A stretch of DNA of 64,000 bases, taken from the NCBI RefSeq assembly GCF_048593235.1, contig NC_133622.1, forward strand, positions 249,802,055-249,866,054. Reading direction: 5' to 3'. Position 1 is the first letter of the stretch. Every line of letters starts with the position of its first letter. Source of the stretch: Sminthopsis crassicaudata (taxonomy: Eukaryota). This document shows, piece by piece, positions 12,120 to 24,944 of the stretch. The notes beneath the pieces were generated by a model, which saw only the letters and a program-made list of their open reading frames with translations, was not told the DNA's origin and did no database searches. The translations under genes and the position numbers were made by a program.

Positions 12120-12385
12120 TTACTCAGCCTCAGTTTCCTCATCTTTAAAATTGGGTTGAAAGTGGTTCCTGGCTCCCAGGATTGTTGTGAGGACCAAATG
12201 GGATAATAATAGCGCTTAGGTAGTAGCAGCCTTGCAGAGAAAGGTGCCATTATTAAAAGGGCCGCTAGGTGGCGCAGTCAAGAAGACCCGAGTTCTAAAG
12301 CAGCCTCGGACTCTTCTAGTTTGGTAACCAAGGAGCAAGTCCCTTCACCCGGTCTGCTCGGTTTCCTCATCTGTAAAATGAACGG
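12120..12385 (+). mobile_element. MIR core fragment plus MAR1/MIR-type SINE between TRMT112 and PRDX5
   Basis: cctcagtttcctcatct..aaaat..ggattgttgtgaggaccaaatg (12120-12205). A second SINE starts gggccgctaggtggcgcag at 12259 and ends ggtttcctcatctgtaaaatg. Confidence 0.7.
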
Positions 12386-13618
12386 AGAAGAAAATGGCCC
12401 ACCACCCCAATCTTTTTATCCAGACAACTCCAGAGGGCCACACGAGTGGATTCGGCCATCAAAGTGATTCCTTAAAGGCCAGCTCTGACCGGGGGCTCGC
12501 CTCCGTCTCCGGGAGCAGATGGGAAACCTGTTTGGTCAAACCTGCTCCTCTTCCCTTTCTCATCCGTCGCTGGCCTGGAGGAAGACCCTCCCTCCCTCCC
12601 CTTCTGCCCAATCAGGGAATTTTCTGCCGCCCTACAATCCCGGCCCGCTCTTCGTTATCTCCGGTTCTTCCCGTGCACCTTTTGTTCCCTGTCTCCCCCT
12701 CAGACGCTGGGCTTCTTTCTGGGGGGTAGGGGCGACTCTGGGGGCACTTCGTATGGTGCCCAAAGCTGTGGGGGAGTGGCCTGCCCAAAGACGTGATGGA
12801 CGGGATGGTCTGGGGACTGGCAAGGGGGGCGGGTCTAGGGCCTGGAGGGTTTTTGGACACCAAGTAGAGGAGTTTGTATTTGCTCCTGGACATCACCGGG
12901 AACTCTGGTTTGTTAAGAGACAGCGTGGGCGTGAGTCACCTTCCGACCTGAGCGCAGCAACACCGATTTGGCGGGACTGGCGTGGGGCAGGTGCCAGCTG
13001 CCGGCTACTTCCGGGGACGGGCAAGCGGAGGCACCGGACAGGAAGCTTGTGAGAGGGGGGCTGGCGCGGATGGAAGGTCAGCGAGGGCCTCTAAGGCTGC
13101 AGAAGCCCCAGCCGCGTCGGGAGGCTGACAAGGGGACAGAGCTCTGCAGGAGGGGAGGGACGGGACAAGGAGCACCGCAGCAAGGTAGACGGGCGGACGA
13201 GGGCGCGGAGGAGCGGCTGCGCCAAGTGTGCCCTGGCACCCGAGGGCTCAGACTACGTTCTTACGCCGAACTCCCCGGGCTCGGCCCGGCGCTCCCTCCT
13301 CCCACGCCACCTGTCAATCACACACTGAATCGCTGCGACACTCCGCCGCTGGGGCAATCCCCGGAGACAGAAGGCGGCCAGGCCAATGACCGACATGCCC
13401 CGCAGGGTTCAGCCCCGCCCCCTTCGGCGCTTCGCCCCCGCCGCCGGCTGCGTGCAAATTTACTGGTTGCCCCATAGACATGCCCGCCCCACCGCTCCCC
13501 CTTCATGACAGGAGCTGAGTGGCTGGCTGGCTCTAGGCCCCGCCCCTTCATGCAAGTGAAAATCCCTGCAGGGGCGGGGCTTCAGCCGGGGGCGGGCCAT
13601 ACGCGGAACCGGGCGGGG

Positions 13619-16600
13619 ATGGGGCTGGCCGGGCTGCTCGCCCTCGGGCGCCGCGCTGGGCCGGCGCTTAAAGGGGCGTCGGGAGCTGCCTCAGCAGCCC
13701 AGAGCTTCCCCGGCGCGTCGGTTCGGACCCTGCGCAGCGCACCTGCAGCCATGGCCCCGATCAAGGTGAGCCGTGGCCAGACCTTGCCTTTGACCTTGGC
13801 CGCCTCCTCCCTTCCCCTCCCCCGGGACCGACCCCTCCCCCATGCAGACTGAGCTCCCCCATCATCCCCCAAGTCAGGGGCAGCCACCTCGTGGACTGAC
13901 CGCCGGTGACTCGTGTACTGTGAGCCTTCCCCGTCCATTCTCCTCCCCATAACCTCGACTCTCCATTGGACTGATCTAGTTTATAGAGACACCCCTCCCC
14001 CCCCATCGAACGAATCTCCCCTAACGCAGGGATAAATCCCCTCATACCCTGACCTCCCTGCCCAGCCTCCTCAGCGGACCCCTCCTTGCGGACCGGCCAT
14101 ATGGGGGGTCCCTCCCTGGACTGACCCTCCTCCCGTTTATAAACAATGATGAATATAGACAGAATTCCTCATTGCTCCCCTGGGCGTCTGCCCTCTGCAG
14201 GGGTTCCGTGGGCTCATCCACGCTCCCTTTGGCGGGAGCAGCTTTCTGTCCGCTCCTTTACAGACGGGGAAACCGAGGTGTGGGCGGAGTGATGGGCCTG
14301 GGGGGCTGGGGGAACTAAGGAGGGTGGGCTTTAACATAGCTCTTAGTGAGCCGAGCCTCCCAGGGAGGAGTCATTTTTCCTGGCGTGGCCCCTCAGTCGG
14401 ACTGACAGCTGCCCCCTCATCCCTGGTCGTCCCCATTGCGCACCTTCCATAAGGAGTGGCCTGACCTTCCTGAGGGTCCCCAGATCTACTGCCGTCTCCC
14501 TGAGGGATGGATGCCCCAGTGCTCTAGTGCCCCGCCCCGCAGCTCCTTCCCCAAGTCTGTGCCTCTGGACCCAGTTTTCTCCTGCCTGGCCTGTCCCTCC
14601 CACCCCTGAGGCTGAGATCTGAGTGGGGGAGGGGTGTGTGAGACAGAAAGAGATGAAAAACAGGAGACAGAGACACAGAAAGAAACAGATGAGAGACACA
14701 CAGGAGAGACAGAAATGAGAGACAGAGGAAAGAGGCAGAAAAATAGAGATAAAGAGGAGAGACAGAGACACAGAGAGGAGAGACAGACAGAAAAACAGAA
14801 AAATGAGAGACACAGAGAGCAGTGAGAGATACAGAGGAGAGACAGAAATGAGAGACAGAGGAAAGAGACCGAGAGAAAAATAGAGATAAAGAGGAGAGAC
14901 AGAGACACAGAGGAGACAGACAGAAACAGATAAATGAGAGAGAGCAATGAGAGACACAGAGAGACAGAGACATAGAGAGGAAAGACAGAAAGAAACAGAT
15001 GAATGAGAGACACAGAGGAGAGACAGAAATGAGAGACAGAGGAAAGAGACAGAGAGAAAAATAGAGATAAAGAGGAGAGACAGAGACACAGAGAGGAGAG
15101 ACAGACAGAAAGAAACAGATAAATGAGAGACACAGAGAGCAGTGAGAGGCACAGAGGAGAGACAGAAATGAGAGACACAGGAGAGACAGAAATGAGAGAC
15201 AGAGGAAAGAGACAGAGAGAAAAATAGAGATAAAGAGGAGAGACAGAGACACAGAGGAGACAGACAGAAACAGATAAATGAGAGAGAGCAATGAGAGACA
15301 CAGAGAGACAGAGACATAGAGAGGAAAGACAGAAAGAAACAGATGAATGAGAGACACAGAGGAGAGACAGAAATGAGAGACAGAGGAAAGAGACAGAGAG
15401 AAAAATAGAGATAAAGAGGAGAGACAGAGACACAGAGAGGAGAGACAGACAGAAAGAAACAGATAAATGAGAGACACAGAGAGCAGTGAGAGGCACAGAG
15501 GAGAGACAGAAATGAGAGACACAGGAGAGACAGAAATGAGAGACAGAGGAAAGAGACAGAGAGAAAAATAGAGATAAAGAGGAGAGAGACAGAGACACAG
15601 AGGAGACAGACAGAAACAGATAAATGAGAGAGAGCAATGAGAGACACAGAGAGACAGAGACATAGAGAGGAGAGACAGAAAGAAACAGATAAATGAGAGA
15701 CACAGAGGAGAGACAGAAATGAGAGACAGAGGAAAGAGACAGAGAGAAAAATAGAGATAAAGAGGAGAGACAGAGACACAGAGAGGAGAGACAGACAGAA
15801 AGAAACAGATAAATGAGAGACACAGAGCAGTGAGAGGCACAGAGGAGAGACAGAAATGAGAGACACAGGAGAGACAGAAATGAGAGACAGAGGAAAGAGA
15901 CAGAGAGAAAAGTTAGAGATAAAGAGGAGAGACAGAGACACAGAGAGGAGAGACAGACAGAAAGAAACAGAAAAATGAGAGACACAGAGAGCAGTGAGAG
16001 GCACAGAGGAGAGACAGAAATGAGAGACAGAGGAAAGAGACAGAGAGAAAAATAGAGATAAAGGAGAGAGACAGAGACACAGAGGAGACAGACAGAAACA
16101 GATAAATGAGAGACAGAGAGCAGTGAGAGGCACAGAGGAGAGACAGAAATGAGAGACACAGGAGAGACAGAAATGAGAGACAGAGGAAAGAGACAGAGAG
16201 AAAAGTTAGAGATAAAGAGGAGAGACAGAGACACAGAGAGGAGAGACAGACAGAAAGAAACAGAAAAATGAGAGACACAGAGAGCAGTGAGAGGCACAGA
16301 GGAGAGACAGAAATGAGAGACAGAGGAAAGAGACAGAGAGAAAAATAGAGATAAAGGAGAGAGACAGAGACACAGAGGAGACAGACAGAAACAGATAAAT
16401 GAGAGACACAGAGAGCAGTGAGAGACACAGAGGAGAGACAGAAATGAGAGACACAGGAGAGACAGAAATGAGAGACAGGAAAGAGACAGAGAGAAAAGTT
16501 AGAGATAAAGAGGAGAGACAGAGACACAGAGAGGAGAGACAGACAGAAAGAAACAGATAAATGAGAGACACAGAGAGCAGTGAGAGACACAGAGGAGAGA

Positions 16601-19268
16601 CAGAAATGAGAGACAGGAAAGAGACAGAGAGAAAAATAGAGATAAAGGAGAGAGACAGATAAATGAGAGACACAGAGAGCAGTGAGAGACACAGAGGAGA
16701 GACAGAAATGAGAGACAGAGGAAAGAGACAGAGAGAAAAGTTAGAGATAAAGAGGAGAGAGACAGAGACACAGAGGAGACAGACAGAAACAGATAAATGA
16801 GAGAGACAGAGCAATGAGAGACACAGAGAGGAGAGACAGACAGAAAGAAACAGATAAATGAGAGACACAGAGGAGAGACAGAAATGAGCGACAGAGGAAA
16901 GAGACAGAGAGAAAAATAGAGATAAAGAGGAGAGACAGAGACACAGAGAGGAGAGACAGAAAGAGACAGAGAGAGAAAAATTAGAGATAAAGGAGAGAGA
17001 CAGACACAGAGAAGAGACAGACAGAAACAGATAAATGAGAGAGACAGAGAGCAATCAGAGACACAGAGAGGAGAGACAGAAAGAAACAGATAAATGAGAG
17101 AGACAGAGCAATGAGAGACACACAGGAGAGACAGAAATAAAAGACAGAGGAAAGAGACAGAGAAAAATTAGAGATAAAGGACAGAGACAGAGATAGATAA
17201 AGAGGACAGAGACACAGAGAGGAGACAGACAGAAACAGATAAAGAGAAACAGAGAGGAGAGACAGAGACAGAGAGAGAGACAGACAGCGAGAACAATGAG
17301 AGACACAGAGAGGAGAGACAGAAAGAGACAGAAAAATTAGAGATAAAGGAGAGACAGATAGATAAAGAGGAGACAGAGACAGAAAGAAACAGATAAATGA
17401 GAGAAACAGAAATGAGAGATATGGACAGAGGAAAGAGAAAGAGAGAAAAATTAGAGATTAAGGAGAGACAGAGACAGATAAAGAGGAGAAAGAGAAAAAG
17501 ACAGGGAGACAGAAAAGAGCCAGAGAGAAAGCACAATGAGAGAGAAACAGAATGCTTTAGACTGTGTGTTGGAGACATAGCCACATGTTGGAGCCCATTT
17601 TCCCTCCCCTTCTTCCTGAAGCCAGATATTCTGGTCTCTGTGTCTTCTTCCAAACCATAGTGTCCTAAAGGGGCAAATCCCAGCCTCTGACCAGCTTTTG
17701 CCCTCTCCTTTCTCTACTCCAAGTCTTCCTGCCCCTCCCCTCCCATCCCATCCCTTCCCCATCCCACTCCTTTCCCAGAAGGCAGGCTTTGGTCTTGCTC
17801 CACACAAGCTATTAATCTGGATTATGCAACCCTGGCTTGGCCACCAAAAAAAACTCCCATGTTACCAACCATCCTTTTGATGCCCAAGGGAGGGACCATA
17901 ACTTCCCGGAAATTGAGGTCCTGCTCGGGTGGAGATGGCCGTGGAGTGATCCAGCTCTCCCGGCGACAGAGAAGGGATCAGGAAACTTTCCTGGGGAATT
18001 TCCCTTCGCTGTTCCAGGCACGGAGGCTGTGGGTCCACTCCTGGCTTCCCGGGCCCTGAGCCTTCTCTTCCTCCAGGTGGGTGATACCCTTCCATCTGTG
18101 GAGGTATTTGAGGGAGAGCCAGGCAAGAAAGTGAACTTGGCGGAGCTGTTCAAGGGCAAGAAGGGGGTGCTCTTTGGAGTTCCTGGAGCTTTCACACCAG
18201 GCTGTTCCAAGGTAAGAAATGATGCTTAACAGGACCTAGCTGTGTTAGGGTGAAATGAGCTCCCTTTGGGGGGCCCTTATCACCCTTGTTTTGGGCACCG
18301 GAGAAGTACGGGTTAGATAAGCAGTCCCTTCCCACTCTCTTGAGTGGGATCCTTGGAAGATCCAAGGGGAAATGGAGGACTTGGGGAGGACCTGGGGAGG
18401 GGGGAGAAGGCAGGGTGAGAAAGGCTGTAGGGCTGCTAACCCCTGTGCTCTGGTTCCCCAGACCCACCTACCTGGATTTGTGGAGCAGGCTGAAGCCCTG
18501 AAGGCCAAGGGGGCCGAGGTGGTGGCTTGTCTCACTGTCAACGATGTCTTTGTAGTCAGTGAGTGGGGCCTAGCACAAAAGGCTGCAGGGAAGGTGAGGC
18601 CCTGGGGGAGGGACACTGGGTGGGGAGGGCTCATTGAGAGGAGGGGCAGCAGAGGAGGCTGACCCCCCCTACTTGTTCTTCTATCTCCAGGTTCGGCTTC
18701 TGGCTGACCCCACGGGGGCCTTTGGGAAGGTGAATCTTTGCTGTCACTCTTGGGGACCAACTTGAGAAAGGGGGGCAGCCACCACAGCCGGAGATCCCTG
18801 GGGCCTGGCTCGGGGCGGGGAGAGGCAGGAGGGAGTCGGTTGGTTGGGGGCCCATCCCAGTTGAGTCACTTCCTAGCTCCTCCTGGGGCCTGTGAAATGA
18901 TAGGGCTGCACTAAAGCTCCCCAAAGCCGCCAGGTTCGTTCTGGGGGTGGGGTCCGGACGGTGACCTTCCTTGGTGACCTTGGCCTCTCTCCCCCCTCCC
19001 TCTCCTAGGCAGCAGAGCTGCTCCTGGACGACTCCCTCGTGCCCCTGTTTGGGAACCATCGTCTGAAGAGGTGAGTGCTCCAAAGCCCTCTGCAGGCAGT
19101 CCTCCCTCCCCCCCTCCCCCATGTGCCCCTGGGCGTCCCCTGACCCCTGTGACCATCTGCAGGTTCTCCATGGTGGTGCAGGATGGCGTTGTGAAAGCTC
19201 TGAACGTGGAGCCAGACGGCACTGGTCTCACCTGCAGCCTCGCCCCCAACCTCCTGTCGCAGCTCTGA
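13619..19268 (+). CDS. PRDX5: Peroxiredoxin-5; exons 13619-13765, 18077-18211, 18462-18593, 18691-18729, 19009-19070, 19163-19268; 206 aa, with a second in-frame ATG at 13751
   Basis: Arg/Ala-rich presequence, then MAPIK|VGD, peroxidatic motif PGAFTPGCSK|THLPG, resolving Cys in TGLTCSL, and a C-terminal SQL PTS1. Confidence 0.98.
14641..17550 (+). repeat. About 2.9-kb purine-rich (GA/GACA/GAAA) compound satellite in PRDX5 intron 1
   Basis: Recurring blocks gagacagaaatgagagacagaggaaagagacagagagaaaaatagagataaag; the + strand is almost all A/G. Confidence 0.97.
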
Positions 19269-19341
19269 AGCCTGAACCCCAGGGAGACAGCGCCAGCTGG
19301 CGTCCGGGCCCCCACCTCTAGGTGCCCCTCTCGAGGCTCTC

Positions 19342-19347
19342 AATAAA
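19342..19347 (+). terminator. PRDX5 polyadenylation signal AATAAA
   Basis: AATAAA 74 nt after the stop codon. Confidence 0.8.
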
Positions 19348-19644
19348 ACATGTCCGTTCGCTGACTCGAGGCTCTCCTTTCTGCTGGGGGCATCTCAGGG
19401 CAGAAGACAATGGAGGGCCAGTCTCCTACAGCACAAGGGATGGCATGGGCCCAAGGGGGCAAGTCTCCTCTTGGTGTGGGCGACCAGGGTGGGCTCTGGG
19501 GAGACCAGTCTCAGTCTGGGGTATCTGGTGTGACAGAGCGTCTGTGGGGGGGCGGGGCGGGGCGGGGAGAGCTTCCTCCCGTGGCCATCCATCCTCCACC
19601 ATTGCTCAAGTCTGGACTCAGACTCCCTGGGTTCTCTCTCTGGA

Positions 19645-20200
19645 GGTAGAGGGCATTTTTCACCACAGATCCTTCAAAATGGTCTTGGATCATCACGTTA
19701 ATCCCGATGGCGCCGTCATTCATGGTTGGTCACGGCGCCCCATTGCTGTTTCTGTGCCTTTCTGGTTCCGCTCACCTCACTTTGCATGGGTACACACATG
19801 TCTTCTGGGCTTTTCTGAACATCTCCCTCCTCATCTCTGATATTCCATCAACCTGTCCAGCCATTCCCCATTTCATGGACATCCCCTCAATTTCCAGTCC
19901 TTAGCCACCACAAAAAGAATTGCTAGAAAGATTTTTGTACGTTTAGGTCCTTTTCCTTTCCCTCTTTGGGGAAAGTGCTCTTGCTGGTTCACAAGTTCAT
20001 AGCCCTTAGGACAATTCCAGTTATTCTCCAGAATGGTTGAGCTAACTCATGGCTGCACCCACAGGGCATCAACATGCCCGGTTCCCCACAGCCTCTCCAC
20101 CAATAGTCACTTTCCTTATTTTTTGGTCATTTTTGTCAATCTGTAAAGCACTTTGCAAACCTTAAATCTCTCTACAAGTACCTGGAATTATTTTTTAAAT
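19645..20200 (-). mobile_element. Old L1 3'-region fragment
   Basis: ccagccattcccc..ggacatcccctcaatttccagtcctt.gccaccacaaaaaga..ctccagaatggttg, a marsupial L1 3' motif repeated elsewhere in the window. Confidence 0.6.
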
Positions 20201-21260
20201 TTTCTTGGGAAAGATTGAAGGTCAAATAAAAAGGGATGGCAAAGGGTGAGAGGGAGAGACAGAGCCATGGAAACAACGAACGTAAACCGGGACAGGCTTA
20301 GGGAGAGAACGGAGGATGGAGGACTTAGTGTACTGTGGTTAAGAAGAGTTAGACAGGATCCAGCGACTGAACAACAAGCAGCAGAGCGCTTTTAATTGGG
20401 AGGTGGTGGATTGAGAAGCAGCATGCCTGGGGGTGGATTTATTTTGGATTCTGTATGCTGCTGAAACCATGAGTTTTGTCCATTATAACATGATACTATT
20501 AAGGTTGAAAATTATATCAGTTCTTTAGGCGATTGTCCTTCCCTCCCATGATTTTGTGAGTTGAAGATAGTCCTGGGTGGGAGCACGGGGCCTTCTGGGG
20601 GCCATCGCCAGCTGTCTCGACTCTTGCCTTGCCACTGGGCACCAATAACTCTGGACTAGGTCCTCCATGAGCCTCGCCTATGTCGGGAGAAGGGCCCCAG
20701 TTAGGAGCCAGGCTAGGTCCACTGTGATCCCTGGCTCTGCTTCTCAATGACCTTAAGTGTTGCTAGGCGAGCCTACCTTTGTCTTTATCAGACATCCTCT
20801 TGGGTCTGCTCTCTCCTCCTTGCGCTTCTACTCTCCCTCCCTCCATCCCCTGTCTTTCTGGTGTTTCTGGTCTGAGTTATCTCTGGGCCTGTTGAAAGGT
20901 CAGATGGTCAGGAAGACTGACCACAAAGTAAGGGAGTAGAGCGCTGAGGTTAGAGGACCTTGGTTCAATGCAGTCCCAAACCACCCTGAGCCTCTTTTCC
21001 CTGGGGCCAGTGGCCCGTGCTGTGGGTTAGGCGCTCTGTGACTGGGATTTGCTTTTTAAAAAAAAAGTCAGACAAGCCTGGACCTGCCCCAGAATATGAC
21101 CCAGGACCAAGCATGCTGAGCTCTGGGTACGGGTGGATTGTGGATTCCAGCTTGGGTCACCCTCGCCCTCCCATTGATGGGCCTTCACAGCTAAGCAAGC
21201 ACTGACAGGAGAGAGCCTGGCTTACTGTCCGAGTTACTCCCAGAAGCTAGCAGGGAGGAG

Positions 21261-21826
21261 CACTGATAGGATCTTTTTTTTTTTTTTTTTTGCTTAATCA
21301 GCAAGCATTTATTAAGCACCTCTGTGTGCCTGGCATTGTATTACATGCTGGGGATGAAAAGACAAATAGTCTTTATTTTCAACAAAGTATCAATATGTTT
21401 GATTGGTATGCCATAGTGTCAAATGCAAACTCCTTTGTTGGGCCACCTGTCTCCTTTTCTTTTCTTTTCTTTTTTTTAGTAGCTTTTTATTTTCAAAACA
21501 TATGCATGGATAATTTTTTCAACACTGATCCTTACATAGCCTTGTGTTCCAAATTTTCCTCTCCTTCCCCCCACCCCCACCCCTAAATGGTAAGCAACCA
21601 ATATATGTTATACATGTTACAATATATGTTAAATCCAGCCTATATAAACATATTTGTGCAATTATCTTGTTGCACAAGAAAAATCAGATCAAGAAGAAAA
21701 GAAAAGGAATAAGAAAACAAATGCAAACAAACAAAGTTGCGGTCCACACTCAGTTCCCACTGTCCCCTCTCTGGGTGTAAATCATCCCAAGATCATTGGA
21801 ACTGGACTCACACTGATAGGATCTTT
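21261..21826 (-). mobile_element. 5'-truncated L1 insertion with 3' transduction, flanked by a target-site duplication
   Basis: TSD cactgataggatc(ttt) at 21261-21276 and 21811-21826. Inside are an L1 3' end (21478-21810), its A-rich tail (21454-21477), about 160 bp of non-L1 sequence, and a second poly(A) (T18, 21274-21291). Confidence 0.85.
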
Positions 21827-22082
21827 ATTAGGGCTTTATTTCGATTCGCCCTGGTTGAATTCTTTGTTCAATTCCTTGCACTGATGAATTCTATGTTTCT
21901 GTATCTAATCAGAAGGTTAAGTTATGATATCAACCACTGATAATAATAATTAATAATAATAAATCTAATAAAAGAGCCTTATTTATATAATTTTAATTAT
22001 ATAGATTATATATTTATTATGTAATAATTATTTATAATAATAATAATAAATCTAATAAAAGAGCCTACTTATAGCTCACTCC

Positions 22083-22496
22083 TGTTAGGACCCTAACTCT
22101 TTTTAGGATTAGCCCAGCAATGGCAGAATCCCAATGGCTAACTCCTTAGCCCAACTGACATAATCCCTAGCTAACCTTTTTTTTAGGAATTTAGCCCACC
22201 TTATGGCAGCAAGTTCTTTAAGAACTTGCCTTACCTTTATGGCGTCTTTCCCCTTAAAGGTATATTCCCCCTGCTCACTTGTGAACTCTGTTAGGGAATT
22301 TAGCTTGTGTCTTTCTCCTTTCTTCTCTAAAAGTCCTATATAGAAAGTAAGCCCTCTGTTATATAATAAAAAGTAGATAAATTTTTTGCCTCTTGATTTG
22401 GAGATGATCTAAGTGTACAATTCTTTTTGAGATACCTCTTAATACCAGCCTAAGACCTCAATTTATTTTGAAGGTCCCAATCCCTTCTCCCCAACA
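22083..22496 (+). mobile_element. Probable ERV/LTR-retroelement long terminal repeat
   Basis: TGTTAGG...CCCCAACA termini, internal TATA-like and AATAAA (about 22366) motifs, followed directly by TTTGGTAG, a PBS-like position. Confidence 0.55.
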
Positions 22497-24049
22497 TTTG
22501 GTAGAGAGTCCTAAAACCCCAATATATTATTTGTGGTTCAGCACTTCTATACCATTGTACCCCATTATTTGGTGGCCTTGTATGGGGAGAGTAACTCCTG
22601 TATCCCATTACCATCACATCAGTTTTGCTCGTTTTGCTTCAATCCAGAGTTTTCTTTGGAAAATGTCAGATCATAGATCTCTTCACAGATATGAGTAAAA
22701 AAAGGTTCCTAGATTCTGTTCCTAGAATCTGTATTTGTGCCCAAGGGAATGGTGCATGTTAGGTATAAGGCAGCCTGCATTTGTCCCACAGAAATTATAA
22801 GAGAAAACCGAAAAGACTTGTAGGCTCCTAAAAGAATCAGTGCACTTCTCCTCCCTCCTCACCCTAAGACCTCATACAGGTTTCCAACCTCATGAATGAA
22901 AATGTATTTATTAAGTACTTAGCCTAGGCTAGATTTGGTAATGGGTGCTGGTGATAAAAATAGAAAGGAATAGTGGAGCTTATGCACTGGTAGGGGAAAC
23001 ACCATACACGTGGGCAGTGATGGCCTAAGAGGGCAGCTTCGTTCTGGAAAGTCACAGGGATGGTGAGTGGACTCATGTGACAGATCAGCCGAGAAGATTG
23101 AGGGAGAGATGGGTCAACTATGAAGAGAACCAGGAGAGAGCAGGGTCACCAAAACTTAGGGAGAAGAGTATATCTAAGAGGAAAAGGTGCTGGAGAACTC
23201 AGAAGAGCACAATGGATTTGGCAAAGAGGAGAGCTGTGATGACCACATTAGCTCCCTGGATACCTTAGAATCAGCTGGAGTCAGGATAAGCAAAAGTCCT
23301 TGGTCTTTATTCTTGGTCTTTAGGGGTAGAAGTGAATTGGATGGATGCAGGATCTCCAGGACCTCTTCTCTTTGTTTATCGCCCAAAAGTCACTGGCTAG
23401 TCTTACTCCACCCTCTAGTCCCTCCTACAACTCTCTGTATACAATTATCAAGCCAGTACAGTATAGTGGGAAGGGCCATTTTCCAAGCACATGCTAATAG
23501 AGTATTGTCCAATCAGTAATTATCCTTAAGTGCTATGTTGTCCGACCTCAGTGCATCAACTCAAGAGTTTCAGCCCTTTACAGAGATCCTTGAGATTGAT
23601 GGGGCATCTGTTCCTTACTGTAAAAGCTGGCTCAAATCTCTCTCCTTCAGCAAGCTCTCCCTGATTTTTTTGGTCCTTCCACCTTGAGCCTTACCTATCA
23701 CTGTCTTCATCTCTGATATCCTTATCACAAAATACTATATATTAAGGTTATCTGTGTTAGTATATTGTTCCCCTACTTGACTATGAAGGCAAGAATCATG
23801 CCTTATCTTCATTTTGTGTCTTTTCTTAACCTCATATAGGGTGCTACATATAGGAGGTGCTTAATGAATGCTTGTATTTTGTAGGGATACGCATTGGCTG
23901 TGGGAAGAGACATCTCCCGTTGGATCTACAGGTAAGGGCTGTGAGACTTCTTTTAGAGGATTATGATAGGCTCATAGGTCATATAGTGGGAAAGTGAAGG
24001 CTAGAACTAGACCAAAGAATTCCTTAATTCTTTTCTATTCCATAGATAT

Positions 24050-24940
24050 TAAAAACCTTTCATTCAGATTCCTCTCTAGATCATCATCACCCTTGTCCTA
24101 GCTACATTCTTCTCCTCTATCTCAACTCCTTGGTGAACCAGTTTAACTTCATACTCTTCTGTTCTTGAATCCATGCCCCCTTATCCTATCACAGGTTATG
24201 TCTTTCTGAACTCCAACCTTAAATTACTCTCATCTTCTGCCTCCTTTGCTCCTATTCTTGTTCTGCTGAGTGGGGCTAGAGAAAATCATAAAATGGTGAT
24301 GACTAGATGCACAGATTTATGTTATGGGCTCTCACTTTATCAAGGCAACCCTTTTGTAACTTGCTAACTGGCTCACTCTCCCACTCAGCATAGTGGCCCT
24401 TTCAAATCTTTCTATCTCTCCTCAAGCATTCTACCATGTTACCCTTTTCATGCCCACCAGCTCACCTGAGAATCTTGCCTTCTACTTGATTGAAAATTGG
24501 AGGTCCCGTACCAAGAGCTTCCTCTTCCCTCTTCCTCCTCAACTCACAGCTTCCAGAAGCCTTCTTCCACTATTTCTTCCTTCACCCATTTCACATGAGG
24601 CAGTGTCCTTTTTTTGGCCAAGACAAGTCCTTTTCACACACAAGGGATCCCATTCCATTTCATTTTTCTCCTCAGATTTCCCTCTCTTTCATACCCACTT
24701 TCTTTCCAATCTGTAATCACTCCCTGTCTACTGTTTGCTTCTCTGTTGCCTTCAAATACCTTCATGTCTCTCCCATATTTTTTAAAAATTCCAAATTGAT
24801 CTGAGCTTCCTTGATAAATACCATCCTATGTATCTCTTCCATTTTGTGGTTAAACTCCTTGAAAAAACCATCTACATTTACTGCCTCCAGATATCCTCCT
24901 AGCTCTTGTAAGCCCTTTGCAGTGTGGCTTCCAACACATC
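24050..24940 (+). mobile_element. L2 LINE fragment
   Basis: Pyrimidine-rich L2-type text (ttgtggttaaactccttgaaaaa.ccatcta..., gtggcttcc), interrupted at about 24945 by a younger L1. Confidence 0.6.
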
Positions 24941-24944
24941 ATTA

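Noticed and set aside
14343-17653. Long minus-strand ORFs (596, 603, 438, 282 aa) rich in S/L/C/V/F
   Set aside because: Artefacts of the T/C-only strand of the purine satellite, which rarely forms stop codons. They are open in several frames at once and start at non-ATG codons.
21941-22070. AT-rich 29-bp direct repeat (taataataataaatctaataaaagagcct) before the LTR
   Set aside because: Simple slippage duplication in low-complexity DNA with no sign of function.
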